Source: Candidatus Acidiferrales bacterium (GTDB lineage Bacteria; Acidobacteriota; Terriglobia; Acidiferrales; UBA7541). Taken from it: 64,000 nucleotides of DNA. Position numbers and translations under genes: made by a program. The stretch spans positions 22,606-86,605 of the forward strand of contig DASZMG010000161.1 of assembly GCA_035551975.1 (NCBI GenBank), in the 5' to 3' direction. The notes beneath the pieces are model-generated. The model was given only the letters and a program-made list of their open reading frames with translations. It was not told the origin of the DNA and ran no database searches. This document shows, piece after piece, positions 37,478 through 47,606 of this stretch (positions are counted from its first letter, which is position 1; the number at the start of each line of letters is the position of its first letter).

Positions 37478-37699
37478 GCCTCTATTCTAGAACTCCGCAT
37501 GCCTGTTGATTGAGCTTTTTCTTTGGGTGTTCTTCCCGATGCAATACGGCTCGTCCGCGGTCGTCGCCAAGCCCGTTGCTGAATCGGGTTTGCCGCCCAT
37601 TTACCGCGAATACACATCTTCCACTGATTTCCTTGCTCGGTGCTCACGGCTGGGTAATTATAGTACCAGTACCATACTTCGTCCGATTGGTGGTTTGCC

Positions 37700-39115
37700 A
37701 TGAGCAACGAAACGACGCGCCGCACCACAGCTTCTATCGCTCTACTGGTATCGGGACTGCTCTTCACCAGCTCGCCGGTCTTCCCTCAGACCGTTGCCGA
37801 GGCCGCCCGGCAGGAGCGCGAACGCAAGAACCATGCCGCTCACGCCGTGCATGTCTATACCAACGAAGATTTGAAGCGTCCGGAGATTCTCGTTCCTGAG
37901 GATCGCACGCACACCGACGCCGCGGGTGAGCCGGCGCAAGCCTCCGCCACCCCTGGACCCGAGACCGCTCCCAACAGCCAGAACGACCCGGCCCTCGCAA
38001 TAGCTCCGCGTGACGTCGTACCGCAGACCGCCAAGGGCCCGGCATCCTTCGCTCCGGGCGCGGCGCCGAACGTTGATTCGAACGCTTTCGTGCCCGATTC
38101 CGGTCTCTCACTGGCCACTGCGGTTCCGGACAGCCCACAGTTCCCTCTGTCTAAAGCGGTCGCAAGCCCCCGTATGGTGGATAGGGAAGCCGTTCCGATT
38201 CCTGTCGTGAATCTACCCATGCAGATCTTAAACGCCACGCCGCTTGCTGACCCCAAAGACAGCGTCCTGTTCCCGATGCTGAACCCCTCGGACTTTACCT
38301 CGCGCCATTCAGCATCTCGGTTTTCAGCTGTCCCAGCGCCGGTCGTACCCTATGCCGGTCCCTATGCTGCGCCCCAAGGTTTGCCCGTATCGCCCCAGCA
38401 GATATCCATCGCTGTTCCCGCTGAGCTAGCGGCCACTCCCTGGCTGGCAACCCCCCGCGCAGAACATATCGCAACCGTCGAACCGCCGGCAATGCCTCCA
38501 GCCGCCGCCGCAGAAACTTTTGTAACGCCTTATCAAATTTCACTTGGCGCTCCGGCTGATTTCGTTAGTGCGCCGTGGCTCGCGGCCCCAAAGCTTGCGG
38601 AACGAATCGCTGGTATTGAGCCGCCCGCTATGCCGCCAGTGGCAGCACCCACAAATCCAGCAGCTACTTCATTCGATACGCCTGCACCCTTGCAGGTGCC
38701 GCTCGCTCCGGTGGCCCCCTTAATACCCGCTGAGCTCCCAATTCAGCCACTAGCTATCACACCAGAAGAATCTGCCATGCGCACGGTTGTTGTGCAGGCA
38801 GGCGATTCGTTGTGGAAGCTGGCCGTATGCTATCTCGGTAAGGGAGAGCGCTGGGTTGAACTCGCCAAGCTTAATCCGCAGCTCGCCAATCCTGGGTTGA
38901 TCCATCCCGGCGACCCGGTCCATGTGCCCGTGCCGCTTCCTCAGAACGCCAAGCAGGTGGTCATCCGCCGCGGCGACACACTTTGGAGTGTGGCTCGCGC
39001 CGAATTTGGCCAGGGACTCGCGTTTTCCTGCATCGCCCACGCGAATCAGCTTCCGTCCGCGGACCTCATCCTTGCTGGCGAAACCTTGGTGCTGCCAGCA
39101 GACTGCTCCCGGTAA
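37700..39115 (+). CDS. secreted Pro/Ala-rich protein with two C-terminal LysM domains
   Basis: Signal-like IALLVSGLLFTSSPVFPQ. Two ~45-aa tandem repeats. LysM 1 VVVQAGDSLWKLAVCYLGKGERWVELAKLNP. LysM 2 VVIRRGDTLWSVARAEFGQGLAFSCIAHANQL. Confidence 0.8.
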   Translation: MSNETTRRTTASIALLVSGLLFTSSPVFPQTVAEAARQERERKNHAAHAVHVYTNEDLKRPEILVPEDRTHTDAAGEPAQASATPGPETAPNSQNDPALAIAPRDVVPQTAKGPASFAPGAAPNVDSNAFVPDSGLSLATAVPDSPQFPLSKAVASPRMVDREAVPIPVVNLPMQILNATPLADPKDSVLFPMLNPSDFTSRHSASRFSAVPAPVVPYAGPYAAPQGLPVSPQQISIAVPAELAATPWLATPRAEHIATVEPPAMPPAAAAETFVTPYQISLGAPADFVSAPWLAAPKLAERIAGIEPPAMPPVAAPTNPAATSFDTPAPLQVPLAPVAPLIPAELPIQPLAITPEESAMRTVVVQAGDSLWKLAVCYLGKGERWVELAKLNPQLANPGLIHPGDPVHVPVPLPQNAKQVVIRRGDTLWSVARAEFGQGLAFSCIAHANQLPSADLILAGETLVLPADCSR

Positions 39116-39176
39116 CGCGAGCGCTTTCGCATTCCGCCGGCGCACTGGCAGCAAGCTCCGCATCCTGAAGACAGGT

Positions 39177-39614
39177 TTAGCTCTTCGCGGCCCGAGCTGC
39201 GTCCAACGAAAACGGACCTGCTCCGTTCGTGGCTAGGAACAGCAGCCCGCCCATGATGGCCATATTCTTGAAGAAGTGCGCTTCCATCGCCGCCCGCAAC
39301 GCGCCCTGCAGCGCCCAATAGTTGTGGAAGATGACGCTCGTCGGAATCAGGTACACGAACAAAATCCAGCTCACCAGTTTCACCTGGAATCCCGTTAAGA
39401 TCGCCAGCCCGCCGGCAATCTCCAGAGTCGCCGCTGCCACGATCGACGCCGCAGGGAAGGGCATGCCGTGCCCGGCAGCAAGCTGCACGTAGTAGCCAAA
39501 GGTGGTGATCTTCAGCACGCCGAAGATCAGAAACACCGAACTCATTAGAATTCGCCCCATCAGCGGCACTGCACTTTTTATCTCCTCTGCCATCGTTTTC
39601 TCCCTTGAAGCCAA
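39177..39614 (-). CDS. DoxX family membrane protein
   Basis: 145 aa, four TM helices, with IFGVLKITTFGYYVQLAAGHGMPFP typical of DoxX. Confidence 0.8.
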   Translation of the reverse strand: MASREKTMAEEIKSAVPLMGRILMSSVFLIFGVLKITTFGYYVQLAAGHGMPFPAASIVAAATLEIAGGLAILTGFQVKLVSWILFVYLIPTSVIFHNYWALQGALRAAMEAHFFKNMAIMGGLLFLATNGAGPFSLDAARAAKS

Positions 39615-39767
39615 ATCATGGCCCGAGCTTTGGTGCTGAGCGAGCGTTTTGGCGACCGCAAAAGAATGACCCGGCTAGGGTCGCAAAGAATTCCGGTTAA
39701 GGGTCGCAATCGAAAGTCCGAAGCGAGGCTCTCGGTATTGCCGCAAGCCTCGCTCCAACGTCGGCGT

Positions 39768-40457
39768 TCACGCCAGATCGAACAGCAGCACTTCAGCCGG
39801 CTCGGTTGCCCTGGCGCGAATTTCCGTTTCTCTCGAAACCGCCGCTCCGTCGCCTGCCTTCAATTCTGTGCCGTTGACCTTCACCGTTCCGCGCGCCACC
39901 TGAATCCAGGCGTAGCGTCCCGCTGCGAGTTCGTGCTTGGCTTCTGCGCCCTCGTCCAGTCGCGCGATGTGGAGGTTCGCATCCTGATGTACCGTCACCG
40001 GCGCGTTCGGTCCCGCTACTAGGGTGAACCTGTTCCGCAACTCGGCGTCGGAAAACGAGAGCTGCTCGTATTCCGGCTTCAATCCGCGCCGCTCCGGCAC
40101 AATCCAGATTTGCAGCAAGTGAGCCGAATCTTTCTTAGACGGGTTGAACTCACTGTGCACCACGCCCGTTCCGGCCGACATGTGCTGCAGCTCTCCTGGC
40201 CGAATTACGCCGCTTCCGCCGGTGTTGTCGCGGTGTTCGATCGCGCCGTCCAGTATCCACGTCAGAATTTCCATGTCGCGATGCGGATGCATCGGAAATC
40301 CGCTTCCCGGCGCCACTACATCCTCGTTCAGCACGCGCAGCGAACGGAATTGCACGTGTTCGGGGTCGTAGTATTGATCGAAGGAAAAAGTGAAATGCGT
40401 GTCCAACCACGAAAGCTTGTTGCGTCCGCGTTCTTCGCTTGGCCGCACTTGTATCAT
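39768..40457 (-). CDS. pirin family protein
   Basis: FPMHPHRDMEILTWILDGAIEHRDNTG and MSAGTGVVHSEFN are cupin metal-site motifs of pirins. Confidence 0.9.
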   Translation of the reverse strand: MIQVRPSEERGRNKLSWLDTHFTFSFDQYYDPEHVQFRSLRVLNEDVVAPGSGFPMHPHRDMEILTWILDGAIEHRDNTGGSGVIRPGELQHMSAGTGVVHSEFNPSKKDSAHLLQIWIVPERRGLKPEYEQLSFSDAELRNRFTLVAGPNAPVTVHQDANLHIARLDEGAEAKHELAAGRYAWIQVARGTVKVNGTELKAGDGAAVSRETEIRARATEPAEVLLFDLA

Positions 40458-40492
40458 TGTCTTGCTCCTTTACTTTGCTTCATTGAAAATTG

Positions 40493-40957
40493 TTACGCTT
40501 CGGTTTCGCTGCCCGTTCCGCGGCCCAACGTTCGGCACAATCGCCGCAGCGTTTGCTGTTGTTCGAGGCTAAGCCGCGAAAATTCCTGAACGATCGCCTG
40601 TACATGGCCCGGCAGAATCCGCTCCATCAATTTCAGGCCCGCGCTCGTCAGCCGCACCACAATCTGCCGCTGATCGGCCTTCATTCGCTCGCGCTTCACC
40701 AGCCCGCGCCGTTCCAGGTTGTTGATCACGTAGGTTACGTTGCCGCCGGTTCGCAGCAGCTTCTCGCTCAACTCGTGCTGGCACATTGGCCCCAGATGAA
40801 ACAGCGCCTCGAGCGCTCCGAACTGCGCCAACGTTACGCCCTTTGCCGCTAAATCCTCGCCCGCCCGTGTGAGCACGGTTTCGCTCGCCCGCACCAGGTT
40901 GATGTACGCGTTCAGCGCCGCTGTATCCTGCCTGTTTCCTTTGTAGTGGGTTGGCAT
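40493..40957 (-). CDS. MarR family transcriptional regulator
   Basis: 154 aa. Winged HTH GVTLAQFGALEALFHLGPMCQHELSEKLLRTGGNVTYVINNLERRGLVKR. Confidence 0.9.
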   Translation of the reverse strand: MPTHYKGNRQDTAALNAYINLVRASETVLTRAGEDLAAKGVTLAQFGALEALFHLGPMCQHELSEKLLRTGGNVTYVINNLERRGLVKRERMKADQRQIVVRLTSAGLKLMERILPGHVQAIVQEFSRLSLEQQQTLRRLCRTLGRGTGSETEA

Positions 40958-40971
40958 CTCGCCTCGCCAAA

Positions 40972-40993
40972 TATCGTTTAAGCTTAAACGATA
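40972..40993. promoter_or_regulatory. perfect 22-bp palindrome TATCGTTTAAGCTTAAACGATA, likely a MarR operator; a third half-site AAACGAT lies at 41011-41017
   Basis: Exact dyad 15-36 bp upstream of the marR ATG. The extra half-site lies about 20 bp further upstream. Confidence 0.6.
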
Positions 40994-41301
40994 AGATGCG
41001 CCATCTCTCCAAACGATTCAGCTGATCATCCATCTCGCGGCCGGAATTTTGTACGGCGGGATTCAGCGCGCGATCCTTGCCTAGGATGTTGGTTGTCAAC
41101 CCCGAGTGAACGAAGGGTTCTCTTTGCGACGAGGGATGTCTCTTCGTTTCGGACAAATCACGCAGCGTCGGCCTCGCGAGTGAAATCCGCCCGTCGAGTG
41201 CCGCATGCCCCGCGCCCTTTCGAGGAGAATCGTGCGAGGCTCCGCGAAACGCTTCAAGATGTTTAGGTTTCGGGAGTCTTCCGCTACAGAGGTATCGTTC
41301 T

Positions 41302-42009
41302 CTACGGTTTTTGTATCGGCCTTAGCACCACTTCGCTGATAAAACTCTGCGGCTGCTGCGTCACAATCGTCTCCACCGCGTGCGCGATGTCATCCGGCTG
41401 CAGCATCTTCTTCACGTCTTTCCCCGCGTGCGGCGAAAATTCCGTGTTCACGCTTCCAGGACAGATGACGCTGACGCGTATCCCTTGCGGCCGCAAATCC
41501 TCAGCCATGCATTGCGTCAGCCCCAGCACGCCCCATTTCGAAGCGCAATAAATCCCGCCGCCCGCAAACGCGCTCTTTCCCGCAATCGAGGCAATATTAA
41601 TAATGTCCCCGCGGCCCATTCGGATCATTCCCGGCGCAACAGCTTTGCTCACCAGGAACACGCTTTTCAAATTCGTATCTAATACTCGGTCCCAATTCTC
41701 TTCGGCGGCTTCGTGCATGGGGCCGAAATACCCGATGCCCGCATTGTTCACAAGAATTTCCACGGGACCGAGACCTTGCTGCGCCTTCCGCGCCAGCGAG
41801 TCAACATCCGCGGCCCGGGAAACATCCGCCGCCACGGCCAGGCATTTGCCGCCGGCCTTTTCGATTTCGCCCTTTGCGCTCTCTAATCCACTCGTGTCCC
41901 GCGCGCAAATGCACACGCTCGCGCCCATCTGCGCGAGTCTCTTCGCCACGGCCAACCCGATCCCGCGGCTCGCTCCCGTAACCAGCGCAACTTTTCTAAG
42001 AAGTGTCAC
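41302..42009 (-). CDS. SDR family oxidoreductase
   Basis: TGASRGIG cofactor motif, NNAG, and the YCASK catalytic Tyr-x3-Lys. Confidence 0.9.
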   Translation of the reverse strand: MTLLRKVALVTGASRGIGLAVAKRLAQMGASVCICARDTSGLESAKGEIEKAGGKCLAVAADVSRAADVDSLARKAQQGLGPVEILVNNAGIGYFGPMHEAAEENWDRVLDTNLKSVFLVSKAVAPGMIRMGRGDIINIASIAGKSAFAGGGIYCASKWGVLGLTQCMAEDLRPQGIRVSVICPGSVNTEFSPHAGKDVKKMLQPDDIAHAVETIVTQQPQSFISEVVLRPIQKP

Positions 42010-42135
42010 GGAATTCTTGATATTTGACTCGCGCGAGGCGACACGCTAGCCTGATGCCATCATCGTATCACCCACAGGCGTCGGACCACATAGTGGGGTG
42101 CGGGAGATAGAAGACTGACGTTTCTGGATTTCACC

Positions 42136-42165
42136 TTGCGCCCACGGGATACTTTTCCCTATAAT
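42136..42165 (+). promoter_or_regulatory. candidate sigma-70 promoter (TTGCGC-N18-TATAAT)
   Basis: Perfect TATAAT at 42160-42165, about 90 nt upstream of the TPR protein gene. Confidence 0.35.
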
Positions 42166-42253
42166 CCGGTCGATTTGTCTATCCTTATTTGACGAGGCTC
42201 CTTACCCTCGTTCTTTAGGCTCCACCCGAAGCTGGCCCAGGAGGCAGAGAAGT

Positions 42254-43627
42254 ATGAAGCGAAGAACTCTCAACCTGACGGCGGCAATACTCACCGCGCT
42301 CCTCTCCGTCTCGATGTTCGCACGGCCAGCGGCCGCGCACGCGGCGCAGGATCAGGCGAAGCCGTCCTATACCATTCCGGAATACAACGCATTTCAGGCG
42401 GCGAACGCGGAAAAAGATCCGGCCACCAAGATCAAGGATCTCGACGACTTCGTTTCGAAGTTTCCCAACTCGACGCTGATGCAGTACGTCTACCAGCTCT
42501 ATTTTCAGACCTACTTCGCCATGAAGAATTATCCCAAGACCATCGAATACGCCGACAAGCTTTTGGCCATGGGCAACAAGGTCGACCCGGCCGTCGCCCT
42601 CGGCGCTCTGCAGGCTCGCGTGCAGGCCTTCTCGGCCATGCAGTTCAATCCCTCCGCGCCGGACGCCACCGACCAGCTCACCAAGGAACGCGACGCCGCT
42701 CTGGAAGGCGCGAAAATGCTCGAGGCTTTTCCTAAGCCGGCCAACTCCAAAATGTCGGACGATGATTTTGCCAAGCAAAAGAAGCCCGGCATTGCTTTCT
42801 TTGATTCCGCCGCCGGCGCCGCCGCTCTGCAGTTGAAGGATTATCCCGGCGCGGTGAACGCCTTCAAAGCGGCGCTGACCAACAAGCCGGACGACGCAGT
42901 CTCCGCCTATCGCCTCGGCTTGGCCTACCTCGCCATGAATCCACCGCAAACGCTCGACGGTTTCTGGGCTCTGGCTCGCGCGGTCGACATGAAGGTCCCG
43001 GACACCGATAAGGTGAAGGATTACTTGCGCGCTAAACTGCTGGCCTACGAGCAACCCGGTTGTGATTCCCAAGTCGACGCGCAGGTCAGCGAGATGCTGC
43101 AGCTCGCCGCCAATTCACCCGACCGTCCAGCGACCTACGCCATTCCTAGTGCCGATGATCTCAACAAGGTTCGCCAGTCCAGCAACATCATCACCGTCAT
43201 CAGCGATCTGAGTGGTGGCGGAGACAAAGCCAAAATGACTTGGCTGGCTATCTGCGGCGCGGAATTTCCTGAAGTCGTCGGCAAGATCATCGACGTGCAG
43301 AAGACCGACGCCTATGTCGACTTCATGGTCTACACCGGCGCCACGCCAGAAGACATGCAGGCCGCCACCATGGCCAACATGGACGTGAAGGTCTGGATTA
43401 CCGCTCCGCCTGCTGCTGCACCTCCTACAAGCGGGGCTGCAGCTGCTGCTCCGATTCCGCCGCAACCAGATGTGGTGCGCTTGTCGAAGGATGACGGCAT
43501 TCGTTTTTCCGGCACCCTCGTCAGCTACGATCCTTCGCCATTTCTCTTGCACTGGGACCAGGTCAAGGTTGATCCCACGGTTATTCCCGAAGCAGGCAAG
43601 GGCAGGGCGGCAGGCAAGAAAAAGTAA
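42254..43627 (+). CDS. secreted TPR-like repeat protein, function unknown
   Basis: Signal peptide LTAAILTALLSVSMFARPAAAHA and helical repeat region (YPKTIEYADKLLAMG; DDAVSAYRLGLAYLAMN). Confidence 0.75.
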   Translation: MKRRTLNLTAAILTALLSVSMFARPAAAHAAQDQAKPSYTIPEYNAFQAANAEKDPATKIKDLDDFVSKFPNSTLMQYVYQLYFQTYFAMKNYPKTIEYADKLLAMGNKVDPAVALGALQARVQAFSAMQFNPSAPDATDQLTKERDAALEGAKMLEAFPKPANSKMSDDDFAKQKKPGIAFFDSAAGAAALQLKDYPGAVNAFKAALTNKPDDAVSAYRLGLAYLAMNPPQTLDGFWALARAVDMKVPDTDKVKDYLRAKLLAYEQPGCDSQVDAQVSEMLQLAANSPDRPATYAIPSADDLNKVRQSSNIITVISDLSGGGDKAKMTWLAICGAEFPEVVGKIIDVQKTDAYVDFMVYTGATPEDMQAATMANMDVKVWITAPPAAAPPTSGAAAAAPIPPQPDVVRLSKDDGIRFSGTLVSYDPSPFLLHWDQVKVDPTVIPEAGKGRAAGKKK

Positions 43628-43653
43628 CGCCGTACGTGCTTTCGTACGAATTC

Positions 43654-43688
43654 AAAGGCCGGTCCGTCAGGACCGGCCTTTTCTTTTT
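43654..43688 (+). terminator. rho-independent terminator
   Basis: AAAGGCCGGTCC-gtca-GGACCGGCCTTT followed by TCTTTTT, 27 nt after the stop codon. Confidence 0.85.
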
Positions 43689-43696
43689 GTCTAGAC

Positions 43697-43738
43697 GTAC
43701 CGCCTGGCTTCGGCCCGCCAGATGTCGCCTTTACTTTT
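43697..43738 (+). repeat. degenerate copy of the TGTAG/TTCA-loop hairpin repeat family
   Basis: ccgcctggcttcggcccgccagatgtcgcctttactttt matches 60092-60125 (ggcgggcttcagcccgccagatgttgcctttcttcc) but has a damaged 5' arm. Confidence 0.5.
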
Positions 43739-43821
43739 GCGTTTTCATTCCGAAGCGAGCCGCGCTCGGTCAGGGCGTATGAAAAAGTTCAGCGGGTCGA
43801 GGAATCTCTCTCCACCGTGTT

Positions 43822-44379
43822 TTAGTGGAGGCCGGACCAGTCGTCCGCGAGAAGGATGGAGTTGCTCGGATTGGAGGGATCGTACTTCACACTCGCGGTT
43901 TGGCCCGCGGCGACGCGGTCGAGATGAAGCTGCTCTTCGAGACCGGTAATGTCCTGCGCGGTCTCGTAGGTGACGCCGGAAATGGAGTAGCTGTAAAAAA
44001 GCAGCTTGGGCAAGCCGTTGGCAGAAATGCCATCGCCGCGACGGTTGGCGACCATGGCTTCGTGCTTCATGGCCCGCGGCTCCAGAGATATTTTCGCGCC
44101 CACCGTGGATTTAGCTTCGGGCGCTGCGACGGGTGCTGGCGGAGCAGAAGCATTGACGGCGCGAGAATGTGAGGCTGGCGAGGATTTGCCATCCATGACT
44201 TCGACAACATGGCCTTCGACGATGCGCCCCACGCGGTTCAAATACGCCCGGCGCTCGCGTTCGAGGGTCGCAGGATCTTCCTTCTTTGGGCGCAGAAAAT
44301 AGTACAGGCCCGTGACGGCCAGCACGCCCAGACCCGCGATCGGCAAGGCATTTCGCCAGTCCGCAAGAAAAGTTCTCAA
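43822..44379 (-). CDS. membrane-anchored hypothetical protein (DUF3592-like C-terminal beta domain)
   Basis: N-terminal TM helix [31 protein letters not shown]...[18 protein letters not shown] resembles DUF3592 (from memory). Confidence 0.55.
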   Translation of the reverse strand: MRTFLADWRNALPIAGLGVLAVTGLYYFLRPKKEDPATLERERRAYLNRVGRIVEGHVVEVMDGKSSPASHSRAVNASAPPAPVAAPEAKSTVGAKISLEPRAMKHEAMVANRRGDGISANGLPKLLFYSYSISGVTYETAQDITGLEEQLHLDRVAAGQTASVKYDPSNPSNSILLADDWSGLH

Positions 44380-45071
44380 CGCGCTCCTCTACGGGCCCCT
44401 GCCGGTTCCGCAATTTCTCCCAGAGTCGCTCGCGCTTTTTCCCAATCGCTTGCGAAAAGCTCCAGGCCGCGGTCGGTGAGCGGGTGCTTGAATAGCATTT
44501 CGAAAACCTTGTAAGGCATGGTGCCGATGTGCGCGCCCATTTTGGCGGCTTCCACCACGTGCAAAGGGTGGCGCAAGCTGGCCGCGAGCACTTGCGTCTT
44601 ATAATCGTAGGCGCGATAAATTTCCATGATTTCGCGAAGAACGGTAAGGCCGTCCTGCGAAGTGTCGTCGAGCCGTCCGAGAAACGGGCTGACGAAATAG
44701 GCTCCAGCTTTGGCAACGATCAGCGCCTGCGCCGGTGAAAACACCAGCGTGATATTGACGCGAACGTCCTCGCGTGAAAGTTTGCTGAGCGCGCGGACGC
44801 CGTCGGGGGTCATGGGAATCTTGGCCACCACGTTGGGATGCCAGCTCACCACTTCGTGCGCCTCGCGCAGCATGCCCTCGTAATCGGAGGCGACCACTTC
44901 GGCGTTGACCACGCCGTCTTTTACGATGTCGCAGATTTCCAGGATCAGGTCGCGAAAGGGCCGCTTCTCTTTGGCGGCAAGCGTGGGATTGGTAGTGACG
45001 CCGTCCAGAATGCCGAAAGAGGCGCCCTTACGAATTTCGTCGAGATTGGCGGTGTCCAGAAAGAATTTCAT
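44376..45071 (-). CDS. tal: transaldolase / fructose-6-phosphate aldolase (short type 3B)
   Basis: [31 protein letters not shown] and the Schiff-base region VAKIPMT. Confidence 0.9.
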   Translation of the reverse strand: MKFFLDTANLDEIRKGASFGILDGVTTNPTLAAKEKRPFRDLILEICDIVKDGVVNAEVVASDYEGMLREAHEVVSWHPNVVAKIPMTPDGVRALSKLSREDVRVNITLVFSPAQALIVAKAGAYFVSPFLGRLDDTSQDGLTVLREIMEIYRAYDYKTQVLAASLRHPLHVVEAAKMGAHIGTMPYKVFEMLFKHPLTDRGLELFASDWEKARATLGEIAEPAGARRGAR

Positions 45072-45385
45072 GATTGGCCCCTGTCATTATTAACTGTTCG
45101 CCCTGCGGCGAACAGGACGAGGTTGGGAGTTGTGTCAAAAACGCTACGGTTTCGTGGGGGCGGCAAGGGCCAGGGAACCAACCCACACGAATATTATGGG
45201 GCAGATTTGGAGCGATGGTGGCAAATTTTGCGGGCACGCCGACGGCGGTCTGGCGACAATGGCCAGCCCATCAGCATAGTCCATTAGCGTCAAAGCACCT
45301 TTTTGGCAGCGGCGTTTGGCGCGTGCCGCAGGGTATGGCAATATTTCGGGTCCACAGCAGATAAGCTTTTATAACTGGAGGAACC

Positions 45386-46090
45386 ATGAATCTGAAGAAT
45401 GCGGTGGCACTGGTGACGGGCGGGAGCAGCGGAATCGGAGAGGCAATCGCGAAAACGCTGGCGGCCAGCGGCGCGCGCGTGGCCATCACGGGGCGAAACG
45501 AGAAGCGTTTGAAGGAAGCTGCAAGCACGTTGGGCGTGCATCCGATTCACGCGGATGTGTCGAAGGAAGAGGACGTGCTGCGGACCTACCGCGACCTGCT
45601 GGCGAAGTTCGGCGACCTCGACATTCTGGTGAACAATGCCGGCATCGGGTTCTTCAAGAATCTGGTGGATTTCGATTTGAAGGAGTTCGAGGCGACCTTC
45701 GCGACCAACGTCACCGGCGCGATGCTCATGGCGCGCGAAGCGGCGCGGCACTTCGTGAAGAAGGGCAAGGGGAACATCGTGAACATTTCCTCGACGGCCG
45801 GAACACGCGGCGCGCCAAGCGGGACGGCGTATTACGCGAGCAAGTTCGCGCTGCGCGGCATGACGGAATGTTGGCGCGCGGAGCTGCGCAAGCACAACAT
45901 TCGTGTGATTCTCGTAAATCCAAGCGAAGTGGTGACCAATTTCTTTCAGACTGCGAACCTGCCCCAAAACGCAAACGAGACGAAGCTGCGCGGCGAGGAA
46001 ATCGCCTTCGCAGTGAAGGCCGCTCTGGAAATGGACGACCGCGGATTTATTCCGGAGCTGTCGGTGTTCGCCACGAACCCGAAAGACTGA
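45386..46090 (+). CDS. SDR family oxidoreductase
   Basis: TGGSSGIG, NNAG and YYASK motifs. Confidence 0.9.
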   Translation: MNLKNAVALVTGGSSGIGEAIAKTLAASGARVAITGRNEKRLKEAASTLGVHPIHADVSKEEDVLRTYRDLLAKFGDLDILVNNAGIGFFKNLVDFDLKEFEATFATNVTGAMLMAREAARHFVKKGKGNIVNISSTAGTRGAPSGTAYYASKFALRGMTECWRAELRKHNIRVILVNPSEVVTNFFQTANLPQNANETKLRGEEIAFAVKAALEMDDRGFIPELSVFATNPKD

Positions 46091-46300
46091 AGGTACTGCC
46101 GGCAATTCAGGGGACTTCCACTGGCGCTGAACTATGTGTGTTCAGGTTCTTTGTAGGTCGCCGTTTTAACCGCGATATGAAGACATCGGCGCGAAGCGCC
46201 AAGCCGCTCGCGGTGCCACTCCCGCGAGCCTTCCGCCAGCGCGTTATCTGCGATGGCACCACGGATTTCCCCGAAAATACGTGGCCCTGCGACCTCGCGG

Positions 46301-47452
46301 CTAGGGTTTTTTGCAGTATTTGTCCATGTAAGCGAGCGAATCCTTCACCACCTGTGCCTGAATCGGATCCGGGACGTAGGCGCCCTGCGGGTCGCGGCGC
46401 ACAAAAATAAAGCCGTGCTCGTCGTGATCGTAGGATTGCCATACCACATCCTTGCCCGCTTCTTTCAGCAGCTCATAATTTAAGCGGAAGACGGCCTGGT
46501 TGTGGTCTCGGTCGCGTCCCTGGACGCGAATGGGCGTCTGAATGGTGTTGATGCGCTGCATGGCCACCGCCATGTCGATCTGCCCGCGCAGCTTTTCGAC
46601 GGCTTCCTTCTGCATTTCCGGAGTGTTCTCCTTGAAAGTTTCCGTGACGGGCGGCGCGTTTGGATCGCGCGGGATGGGGCGGCGCGCCAGAAAGTCGATG
46701 GAAGCGGGCTCGCTGGCGATTCCCGCGCGTAAGCCGTTGTATTCCGAAGTAATTTTCATCAGCATTTCGCCGCCGTGGCTCAGGCCGACGTAGCCAACAC
46801 GATCGGGATCGACGTACGGCAGCGTCTTCACCCACTTGATGATGGCAATGGCATCGTCATATTCAAGCGGCGCGCGGCTGAAAGCCTGGCGCCCTTCGCG
46901 CTTTCCTTCTTTTAATGGCGCGCCATAAACCGGATCTGTGTTAACTTCCGCGCGGTAGCGCATCCAGGCCACGGCGTAGTCCGCCTTGAGGAATTGCTCG
47001 AGCGTCCAGCTTCCGTACTGCGTCCACTCTCGAATCCATTGAGTGCCCATGCCGCCATTCATGTGCGCGAACACCACAAAGGGAAACGGACCGTCACCCG
47101 CGGGTTTGCGCACGCCAACGGGCGCATACATGCCATCGACCGTTTCGACGTAGGTGAGTTGCAGCGGAATTTTCGATCCCATGACCGGCTCAGTGACCAC
47201 GGTGATCGGATTTTTCACCGGCCGCGGAATAAAAATATGCTCGGGATCGATACTGGCGTTGTTGGCGCTATCGTCGCCCGCAGGGGCAGCAGGCACGGGC
47301 GGTTCCGGCAGAGTTGGTTCAGCAGCGGTCACTTCGGAATTGGCGAGCAGAAAGCCAGCCACTGACGCGGCAAGTCCCGCAGAAGCCCGGGTGAGCACAT
47401 CGCGGCGCGAAAATTCCGAAGTGTTCTTTCTATCCTGCTTCGAGTCGTCCAT
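46301..47452 (-). CDS. Tat-exported alpha/beta hydrolase (S9 peptidase / dienelactone hydrolase-like)
   Basis: Start at MDDSKQDRK. Twin-arginine signal SRRDVLTRASAGLAASVAG. Nucleophile elbow GLSHGG. Confidence 0.8.
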   Translation of the reverse strand: MDDSKQDRKNTSEFSRRDVLTRASAGLAASVAGFLLANSEVTAAEPTLPEPPVPAAPAGDDSANNASIDPEHIFIPRPVKNPITVVTEPVMGSKIPLQLTYVETVDGMYAPVGVRKPAGDGPFPFVVFAHMNGGMGTQWIREWTQYGSWTLEQFLKADYAVAWMRYRAEVNTDPVYGAPLKEGKREGRQAFSRAPLEYDDAIAIIKWVKTLPYVDPDRVGYVGLSHGGEMLMKITSEYNGLRAGIASEPASIDFLARRPIPRDPNAPPVTETFKENTPEMQKEAVEKLRGQIDMAVAMQRINTIQTPIRVQGRDRDHNQAVFRLNYELLKEAGKDVVWQSYDHDEHGFIFVRRDPQGAYVPDPIQAQVVKDSLAYMDKYCKKP

Positions 47453-47606
47453 TTTTCCTCCGCGAGGCCCTGATAACGGGCGAATTCTAGCACTTTCGTA
47501 AGGACAGTTGGATATTACCTGTCCCGACAACCCGTACTGGCGGTCCATTGCCTGCGGAAAGTTTCGACCCCTACCATTGACTTTCGGTGGCATCTGGGGG
47601 ATCCGC

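Noticed and set aside
46290-46312. T6 run after a weak GC hairpin downstream of the SDR gene, considered as a terminator.
   Set aside because: The T-run is the reverse complement of the Lys-Lys-Pro-stop codons of the convergent hydrolase gene, and the stem is poor.
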